Program-made: the position numbers and the translations under genes
DNA from: Acidimicrobiia bacterium
Lineage (GTDB): Bacteria > Actinomycetota > Acidimicrobiia > Acidimicrobiales > JANYDT01
Assembly (NCBI GenBank): GCA_031383405.1
Contig: JANMZO010000145.1
Location: forward strand, 1,244-65,243
DNA: 64,000 nt
Direction of reading: 5' to 3'
In this document: in pieces, positions 1 through 6,155 of the stretch
Position numbering within the stretch: position 1 is the first letter of the stretch
How the letters are laid out: each line of letters starts with the position of its first letter
The notes under the pieces: model-generated
What the model saw: the letters and a program-made list of their open reading frames with translations, nothing else
What the model was told of the DNA's origin: nothing
The model's database searches: none

Positions 1-696
1 CTGCTTCGTTTGGGATTTCACGTCGGTCCCGGCTATCGACAAGCCGACCCAGTACCAGACCACCCGCAACCACCGACAACCGCCCTCGCCGATCGCAAGT
101 TCGTCGTCGTCCTCGTCGCTAGAAGCCCTTCAGGATGGACCGTCGCCTACCCAGTCGCAGAAGACGTCCATGAATCCCCTGCCGGCCCTGCCACCGTAGT
201 CCCGGCGCGAATCAGCGACGACGTCGCGGACCGGGTCACCACGACCGCAAAATCGATCGTCGACGGACTCGATACGAACGGAATCGTCGCCGTTCACATG
301 CTCGTATCCCCACTCAGCACCGCCACCCCGATGATCATCATGGACATCTATTCCGGACCCCAATACAGCGGCCTATTCACTATGGACGCCGCCGCCACGT
401 CCCAATTCGACAACCACCTCAGAGCAATCCTCGACTGGCCCCTCGGCCCGACCCACCTCCACACACCCGCCGCCGCCACCATCCGACTGCACCTACCCCT
501 CGACCCGACCCGGATCCACCAGCGCATTTCGCATGCCCTGGCCAACCCCGACATCCGCATCAACGTCCACCCCGGACCCCGCAACAACCGGTACATCCAT
601 GTCACCGCACTTAGCGGAACTTCCGAAGCAGCCCTTTCAGCCGCCCAGGCAGCCGCCCACGCATTCGCAATCCCATCACCCTTACCGAGGCACTGA
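1..696 (+). CDS. PurK-like (N5-CAIR synthase family) ATP-grasp protein, C-terminal part, 5' end off window; divergent, possibly decaying
   Basis: ORF open from the window edge (track 10..696, stop TGA 694-696). 'AATSQFDNHLRAILDWPLGP' resembles the conserved PurK C-terminal block. The preceding active-site block reads 'MDIYSGPQYSGLF' instead of the usual NELAPRxHNSGHW-type motif. Confidence 0.45.
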   Translation: MLRLGFHVGPGYRQADPVPDHPQPPTTALADRKFVVVLVARSPSGWTVAYPVAEDVHESPAGPATVVPARISDDVADRVTTTAKSIVDGLDTNGIVAVHMLVSPLSTATPMIIMDIYSGPQYSGLFTMDAAATSQFDNHLRAILDWPLGPTHLHTPAAATIRLHLPLDPTRIHQRISHALANPDIRINVHPGPRNNRYIHVTALSGTSEAALSAAQAAAHAFAIPSPLPRH

Positions 697-706
697 GCGG
701 TGAGAA

Positions 707-2039
707 CGCTCGTCTGATTTGGCCCCACTTGGGGGGTTCGCGCTTGGGGGTGGATTCTGATGGTCGTCGCTACACCTGAACGAACTGGAGTGTTGCGATG
801 GGTCGTGGTCGTGGGGGTATCCCGCTGGTGGAGAAGCGGGCTTTCTATGTTGAGTTGATGAAGACAGGTTTGAGTAATGCCGAGGCGTGTCGTCGGGTCG
901 GGGTTCATCGCAAGACGGGCGTGCGGTGGCAGCACGGCCGACGGGCGAAGCATCAGGACCGCTCGTACGTGTACGCTCCGATCAACGCGGAGATCGCTGC
1001 GAAGAAGCCCGAATCGGGCCGCTATCTAAGCCAGCAAGACCGGATCGTGATCGCGGACGCGGCGCGTGCTGGTTTGTCTGGCCGAAAGATTGCGGCGTTG
1101 CTCCCAGGCCGTGCGGTGTCGACGATCTGCCGTGAACTGGCCCGTAATGGTGAGACGAGCGGTGAGTATCAGCCGTTCAACGCGCAGAACAAGATGATGG
1201 AACGCAGACCGCGACCGAAAGCGCACAAGCTTGCTGACCCGATTGTGAACGTCGAGGTCCAGACGCTGTTGGATGGGCAGTGGAGCCCGGAGCAGATCTC
1301 AGCGACTTTGGCCAAACGCAACGACGGCCCGCGTATCTCGAGCGAATCGATCTACCGAGGTATTTACAACCCGTTGATCCCGCTCCGCCGTGAAGTGGCG
1401 TTACGAACCCGGCGGCTGCAACGCCGGAAACGGCGGCGTGCTGGCGAGCGGCAGCAGCGTTTCACTACGCCGATGCGGCCATTGACTGAACGGTCCGCGG
1501 GTGCGGCTGATCGAAGCGAGGCTGGGCATTGGGAAGGTGATCTGATCGTCGGGGAGTTCAATGGTTCAGCGATCGGAACCCTGGTCGAGCGTGTGACCCG
1601 GTACACGATGGTCGTTCATCTCGACGGGGCGCGTACCTCCGAGCAAGTAAAAACGGCGATCACCGGCAGGTTCAACGAATTGCCTGTGCACTTACGATTG
1701 TCGTTGACGTGGGATCAAGGAATCGAGATGGCTCGTCATCATGAGTTCACTGCAGCGACCGGGATACCGGTGTTCTTCTGTGAGCCGCACTCGCCGTGGC
1801 AGCGTCCGTCGAATGAGAACACCAACGGTCTCTTGCGCGGGTACTTTCCGAAGAGCACCGACCTCTACCAGCACAGCCCGGAACGACTCGCCGAAGTCGA
1901 GAAAGAACTCAACGAACGACCCCGGAAAACCCTTGGTTGGGACTCCCCGCAACATCGTTTCGATATACTCAGAAACCAAGCCGTGTAGCAACGACCGATA
2001 GAACCCGCCCCAGCACGACGGGGCCAAATCAGACGAGCG
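707..2039 (+). mobile_element. IS30-family insertion sequence, apparently intact
   Basis: Perfect 20-bp terminal inverted repeats CGCTCGTCTGATTTGGCCCC (707-726) and GGGGCCAAATCAGACGAGCG (2020-2039), with an imperfect inward extension, enclose a single transposase ORF. Confidence 0.9.
798..1988 (+). CDS. IS30-family DDE transposase
   Basis: 396-aa ORF with an N-terminal HTH ('LSNAEACRRVGVHRKTGVRW'), plus 'GHWEGDLIVG' and 'NENTNGLLRGYFPK' blocks typical of IS30 transposases. Confidence 0.92.
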   Translation: MGRGRGGIPLVEKRAFYVELMKTGLSNAEACRRVGVHRKTGVRWQHGRRAKHQDRSYVYAPINAEIAAKKPESGRYLSQQDRIVIADAARAGLSGRKIAALLPGRAVSTICRELARNGETSGEYQPFNAQNKMMERRPRPKAHKLADPIVNVEVQTLLDGQWSPEQISATLAKRNDGPRISSESIYRGIYNPLIPLRREVALRTRRLQRRKRRRAGERQQRFTTPMRPLTERSAGAADRSEAGHWEGDLIVGEFNGSAIGTLVERVTRYTMVVHLDGARTSEQVKTAITGRFNELPVHLRLSLTWDQGIEMARHHEFTAATGIPVFFCEPHSPWQRPSNENTNGLLRGYFPKSTDLYQHSPERLAEVEKELNERPRKTLGWDSPQHRFDILRNQAV

Positions 2040-2182
2040 AACTCAAAGGCGGTCACCCGAGAATCGTGTTGGACGTACTCGGCCACTCCTCGATTCGACT
2101 CACCCTGGACACTTACAGCCACGTGATGGCGGACCTTCAGCGCGAGGCGGCCATCGCGATGGAACGGGCGCTCGGCGTCTGA
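2040..2182 (+). pseudogene. 3' remnant of a tyrosine recombinase (phage-type integrase) gene ending at the IS30 right end
   Basis: Directly after the right IR the frame reads 'ELKGGHPRIVLDVLGHSSIRLTLDTYSHVMADLQREAAIAMERALGV*'. This is the C-terminal LGHssi..T...Y.H catalytic-Tyr block. No N-terminal part lies on the other side of the IS. Confidence 0.8.
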
Positions 2183-2205
2183 GACTTTTCTCCCGGGGAA
2201 TTCAA

Positions 2206-2229
2206 ATGGCCCGGCTGAAACCGGGCCAT
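2206..2229. terminator. GC-rich stem-loop between the convergent integrase remnant and the Ntn-hydrolase operon
   Basis: ATGGCCCGG-ctgaaa-CCGGGCCAT, a 9-bp perfect stem. It lies 22 nt downstream of the small ORF stop on the minus strand. Confidence 0.55.
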
Positions 2230-2250
2230 CACGATTCGAGGACTCTCGTT

Positions 2251-2400
2251 CTATTTTTTCTTTGTCGCGTCCTTGCGGTCCCTGATCGACTTCGCAAGAA
2301 CGTAGGGATCGCTCGCCTGGCGAAGCGCGTTGACACTTGAGCGCGGATCGGTTGCGGGGGTGGACGCTTGCTTGGTTGCTTCTGTTGCGTTTCGGATCAT
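2251..2400 (-). CDS. 49-aa hypothetical small protein, translationally coupled to the upstream Ntn hydrolase
   Basis: ATG (2400-2398) overlaps the hydrolase TGA (2399-2397) in an ATGA arrangement. Translation: MIRNATEATKQASTPATDPRSSVNALRQASDPYVLAKSIRDRKDATKKK*. A stem-loop follows. The ORF is below the ORF-track size cutoff. Confidence 0.3.
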   Translation of the reverse strand: MIRNATEATKQASTPATDPRSSVNALRQASDPYVLAKSIRDRKDATKKK

Positions 2401-3284
2401 GGTTCACTCCTCGGGTTGAGGTCTTGGGAGTAGTAGTGCTTTCGGCCTATCCACTTGAAGCCTTCGTGTCGTGAGATAGCGGCAACTTCAACCGGGCCTC
2501 CTACGGTATTTGGGCCTAACAAGTATGTGTTGAAGCCAATTGTTACATCGACCAAAAATCTAGCCAAGTTGATGGCGTCTGCGAAAGGCATAAACGGTAC
2601 AGCTGGGCTGTAGGTCGCTTGGTTGAATACATCGTCGAGCGCTCCGTGAAGACTCGGGTCGACCTGCGCCAATACCTTGCTTTTCAGTCCGGGATGGACG
2701 CCAAAAAGCCTTTCGACGGCCTCGGGCTGTGCGAACGCGACGTGGCCGTATGCATCTTTTGGAGCGATGTTGGCCGGCACCGGCGACGATCGAGGGTCAG
2801 AGATAATTATCTGCCATGCCTCGGCCTTCTCGGATCCAGCGGAGTATCCCGCGACCAGGAATCCCAGCACCGGAAGGTCGAAGCTTAACTCCGGCTCTCC
2901 ACGCGTAACCCGAGCAGCGTTTTCCGCGTCATGCCGGTCGAGTTGATCGCCAATAATCGGGGAGTAGAGCTCAGTGAATAACAGTTCGACTGCTCGAGTT
3001 GCAACTTCTTCGACGGTGTATGTGTCGGAATCGAGCGTCCAATCCGTGGAGGACCGACCCATGAGACGAGCCCTCAGGTCTTTAGCGAGAGTTTCAATAC
3101 TTGCGCTGTCGATCGACCCCAAGCCCCAAGTGAAGGCTCCGATCGGTAGCCTACGATGAAGCTGAAACACCTTATTGGCGTTGTTGTAAACCTGCGCCGA
3201 TCCGCCGGGGAGTGGGGCGGTCGTCGCTGAGTCGGTTGCGAGCACAATCCCGTCAAATACTTTCACCATTACCGCCACGGTCAT
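2397..3284 (-). CDS. Proteasome beta-subunit / HslV-like Ntn (Thr1) hydrolase homologue, orphan
   Basis: 'MTVAVMVKVFDGIVLATDSATT' places Thr directly after Met, then Asp at +17 and 'NKVF' Lys at about +37. The C-terminal 'GGPVEVAAISRHEGFKWI' resembles the beta-subunit 'GG.v.v..i..dG' block. No ATPase or alpha-subunit gene is nearby. Confidence 0.6.
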   Translation of the reverse strand: MTVAVMVKVFDGIVLATDSATTAPLPGGSAQVYNNANKVFQLHRRLPIGAFTWGLGSIDSASIETLAKDLRARLMGRSSTDWTLDSDTYTVEEVATRAVELLFTELYSPIIGDQLDRHDAENAARVTRGEPELSFDLPVLGFLVAGYSAGSEKAEAWQIIISDPRSSPVPANIAPKDAYGHVAFAQPEAVERLFGVHPGLKSKVLAQVDPSLHGALDDVFNQATYSPAVPFMPFADAINLARFLVDVTIGFNTYLLGPNTVGGPVEVAAISRHEGFKWIGRKHYYSQDLNPRSEP

Positions 3285-3422
3285 GGCGGGTGAGCGTAGC
3301 CGACTTTCGGAGGGGAAACGGGGTTCTGTAGCCCGTTACCCCGCGTCATTTACTGCCAGGCCGGCCGGTGTTGTTGCCGGTCGTCATCGAGCGATCACCG
3401 GCTCGGACCAGGGACTATCTCG

Positions 3423-3495
3423 TGGAGATGAACGGGATCGAACCGTCGACCTCCTGCTTGCAAAGCAGGCGCTCTACCAATTGAGCTACATCCCC
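3423..3495 (-). tRNA. alaT: tRNA-Ala (anticodon TGC)
   Basis: GGGGATGTAGCTCAATTGGTAGAGCGCCTGCTTTGCAAGCAGGAGGTCGACGGTTCGATCCCGTTCATCTCCA folds as a cloverleaf with the G3:U70 identity pair. The anticodon loop is TTTGCAA. CCA is not encoded. Confidence 0.95.
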
Positions 3496-3553
3496 GAAAG
3501 GGCGATCTATTGTGGCACAGCCACAAGGGATCGGGCGCGAAAGCGCTGGGTCG

Positions 3554-4555
3554 TTACAAATCAGCTCCGTGCTCCGGAACCCCGTCGAAGCGGGCGCACT
3601 TGATGCCTCGAGAAGCCAGATCCAACAGTGCCGGAGCTGCATCGATCATTTCACCGAGGCTACCGGCACCGCTTCGCCGAACAGTTCCTTCCACAACCGC
3701 ACGCGCGGCGACCGCCAATACGGCTCCGGCCGCCACCGAAACGCGATCCATGCAGCCGAAAATCACCACGTCGGCAATACCCCGTCGGATTCCACGAAGT
3801 TCAACCCGAATCGCACCCGGACCCGCTTCAGCATGAGGTTGGCGGAGCATGGGAAATCGTGAGGTCAGTCGGTCGCGTCGAGTTGCCGACAAGCGTGACG
3901 TAATCCGGCCTGCGTCGGGGAAGGCGTGGTGGAGGAGCATCGGATCCGGCAGCGCCGCCCTATAGCAGTCTGCCCCGCCGACCGGATCAGGAAACCAGCA
4001 GAGTTCGCGACCCGAACCCCCTGGTTTGGCCACCCACTCGCCGTCACGCCAGTCGATGCCGTCATGCTTTAACGCCTCGTGGTGCTGTCGGGCACAACCG
4101 GGGCCGGCCGTCCCTGTTTTCGCGACATGAATCTCGTCGACCGACTCGAACTCAACGGCTCCGTGTTTGGCGAGCAGGCATGAAAGGCCCGGAGCGAACC
4201 CCGCCCCGATGAGGATCGATCGGTTCCGGGCGACGGCTGCACCATGGAGCCCGCGCAGCTCGTTCGCATCGTCGATCGAATCGCTGACCGATACAACGTG
4301 GGCGTCAAGACCCAGGGCCCGCTTCGCCAGAGTCCCGTGACCCGGGGGGCAGGCCAAAAGTACGATCCCTGGTGTCACGTCGGCCCAAGAGCGCGATCCG
4401 AGCGCCTCCGTCTTTCCACCCATGGAAGCGACTACTTCCCTGACCCGATCGTCGCGCACATCGTCGAGCACAATCCGGTCGATACCCGAGACAGTCAACA
4501 GCTGACGGGTCGCCCGGCCACCCACAATGCCGCAACCAACTACCAGAACGTTCAT
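3554..4555 (-). CDS. Saccharopine dehydrogenase-like NAD(P)-binding oxidoreductase
   Basis: 333-aa ORF with an N-terminal Rossmann motif 'MNVLVVGCGIVGGRATRQL'. The family assignment is from general resemblance only. Confidence 0.5.
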   Translation of the reverse strand: MNVLVVGCGIVGGRATRQLLTVSGIDRIVLDDVRDDRVREVVASMGGKTEALGSRSWADVTPGIVLLACPPGHGTLAKRALGLDAHVVSVSDSIDDANELRGLHGAAVARNRSILIGAGFAPGLSCLLAKHGAVEFESVDEIHVAKTGTAGPGCARQHHEALKHDGIDWRDGEWVAKPGGSGRELCWFPDPVGGADCYRAALPDPMLLHHAFPDAGRITSRLSATRRDRLTSRFPMLRQPHAEAGPGAIRVELRGIRRGIADVVIFGCMDRVSVAAGAVLAVAARAVVEGTVRRSGAGSLGEMIDAAPALLDLASRGIKCARFDGVPEHGADL

Positions 4556-4703
4556 GTTTATGGGTTAACGCAGATCAGGGCCGGAAAGCTCTCGCCAACC
4601 GCCGTGTTGGGGCGGAATACCGCCGGAACCGCGGAGGCGAAGAACTCCAGCGATCACCCCGGCGATGCCAAGGGACAAAAGAGCACGACGGAGTGCATTC
4701 ACG

Positions 4704-4777
4704 TGGGGCTGGCAGGAATCGAACCTGCGACCTTCACATTATCAGTGTGACGCTCTAACCAACTGAGCTACAGCCCC
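4704..4777 (-). tRNA. ileT: tRNA-Ile (anticodon GAT)
   Basis: GGGGCTGTAGCTCAGTTGGTTAGAGCGTCACACTGATAATGTGAAGGTCGCAGGTTCGATTCCTGCCAGCCCCA, with anticodon loop CTGATAA. It occupies the same post-gyrA position as ileT in M. tuberculosis. Confidence 0.95.
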
Positions 4778-4847
4778 AGGGCCGAGAAACATTACACGAC
4801 CCGAGGGACACACCGTTTCGGGTTTGTTCGCCCGGTTCGTGTTGAAC

Positions 4848-5525
4848 TCAGCGAGATCCCGGGGTCATCCATGACCCGGTCGGATCGGCAGCTGCGGCGA
4901 TCCAGTCCTCATCAGCCGAAGGACCGTGCTCAGGTTCAATGTCCGCAACCGGCTCGGGGCCCTTCACCCTTACGGATTCGTCAACTGGCCAAGAGGTCAG
5001 CGCCGGCCCGGTGGTCGCTGGGTTCGCAACAGCCGGGGGCTCGTACACGAGAGGCGAGGGGCCGGCGGGCCGGGGCGCACGACGGCGCCCGCTGCGGCGG
5101 CGACGGGGAGCACGAGCGAGTTCCGCTTGGGCAGCGACTGCGTTGGCCGAAACATCTCTCGGCAGCGGTACCCGCTCCTGGAGCACTGACACAACCACGC
5201 CACCGAAGATGCTGCTCAACATGTTGTACAGGAACGCCATCACGATGGTGCCGACGGTGGCGAGGAGGATCAACGCTCCGGTCACGCCTATCGCTGCACG
5301 CAAAAGCTTATCTCCGAAGAGTTGGAAGTCTTTCGTACCAAGAAGATCACCAAGGAAAGATTCGATCTGATCTCGTGTACCGACCCGATCAGCGGTGAAC
5401 CACAGGCCGATCACTGCGAACAATGACACCACCCCACAACACAGATGGAACAAGAACGCGACTTTGGCGACCGACCAAAGCTCAAAGCGCCGAACTACCC
5501 GACGCGCTCGTATTCCTCTGCGCAC
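4848..5525 (-). CDS. DUF3566-type membrane protein (Rv0007-like)
   Basis: 'RRFELWSVAKVAFLFHLCCGVVSLFAVIGLWF' followed by a second TM helix. Its position downstream of gyrA matches Rv0007. The C-terminus is Pro/Ala-rich. Confidence 0.6.
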   Translation of the reverse strand: MRRGIRARRVVRRFELWSVAKVAFLFHLCCGVVSLFAVIGLWFTADRVGTRDQIESFLGDLLGTKDFQLFGDKLLRAAIGVTGALILLATVGTIVMAFLYNMLSSIFGGVVVSVLQERVPLPRDVSANAVAAQAELARAPRRRRSGRRRAPRPAGPSPLVYEPPAVANPATTGPALTSWPVDESVRVKGPEPVADIEPEHGPSADEDWIAAAADPTGSWMTPGSR

Positions 5526-5620
5526 ATACCGACACTACTGCCGCAGGGAGTCTCAACCCAGTCAAGCTGACCCACTATTGCGGGGTCTTGCCGAGAGCCT
5601 CTCTCCGGGCACGTACTTGC

Positions 5621-6124
5621 TCAGCGCGGCTTCGAAGTAGTCGGCCTCAGGATGATGATCCCGTCGACAATCAACTCCCCGGACGGATCCGTCTCGTCTG
5701 CGTTTGTCGTGGAGGTATCGGTCAGGTCTTCATAGCGAGGAAGCATCGCACTGTGGCGGCCGGTGGCCGTCGCAATCGCCCCGTGCAATTCAACACTGAC
5801 GACGACATCGTCAGCCACTTCAGAATATCCGGTGATGCGCACCCCGTTGCGGGCAGCCAGCGCTTCGGCTGCGGTCCGGCCGGCGGCGGCGGCGGCTAAC
5901 GCAACGGCATCAGCCGCGGCCTGAGCTTTGGCGCGGTCGTTCGCCGCCACCCCCAATCGAACGACAAACGTCGTGAGCACCGCCACGAGTGCAACAACCG
6001 CAACGGCTGTCACCGTGACCGAACCCCTCCCGCGTGGCCTCCGGGCAGGATCCACCGAACGACAACTCAGCGACATGTGCATTCGGCCATCGTGCGTGCG
6101 GCTCGCCCGTCGCGGGGGAGCCAA
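5621..6124 (-). CDS. TadE-like / Rv3654c-type small secreted protein (start uncertain)
   Basis: 'GSVTVTAVAVVALVAVLTTFVVRLGVAANDRAKAQAAADAVALAAAAAG...VRITGY' resembles the helicase/secretion-neighbourhood TadE-like family pattern. Confidence 0.4.
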   Translation of the reverse strand: MAPPRRASRTHDGRMHMSLSCRSVDPARRPRGRGSVTVTAVAVVALVAVLTTFVVRLGVAANDRAKAQAAADAVALAAAAAGRTAAEALAARNGVRITGYSEVADDVVVSVELHGAIATATGRHSAMLPRYEDLTDTSTTNADETDPSGELIVDGIIILRPTTSKPR

Positions 6125-6155
6125 ACACGCGCTTGGACAGATCGGGCTGCGGGGG

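Noticed and set aside
705-2041. Target-site duplication flanking the IS30 element.
   Set aside because: Only a 2-nt 'AA' is shared on both sides, which is too short to distinguish from chance. The flanks also belong to unrelated genes, suggesting rearrangement after insertion.
2251-2400. Small ORF next to the proteasome-like gene considered as a Pup (prokaryotic ubiquitin-like protein).
   Set aside because: It lacks the C-terminal GGQ/GGE and the Mpa-binding helix pattern, and no pafA/dop/mpa genes are nearby. It is kept only as an unknown coupled ORF.
3312-3342. Imperfect hairpin GGGGAAACGGG-n9-CCCGTTACCCC between tRNA-Ala and the Ntn-hydrolase gene, considered as a terminator or att site.
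   Set aside because: It has one mismatch, no U-tract on either strand, and no matching direct repeat in the window. It is not supportable as a specific feature.
3283-3642. ORFs 3283-3603 (+) and 3415-3642 (-) overlapping tRNA-Ala, and ORF 4244-4750 (+) overlapping tRNA-Ile.
   Set aside because: They run through tRNA genes or antisense to a supported CDS, and show no protein motifs.
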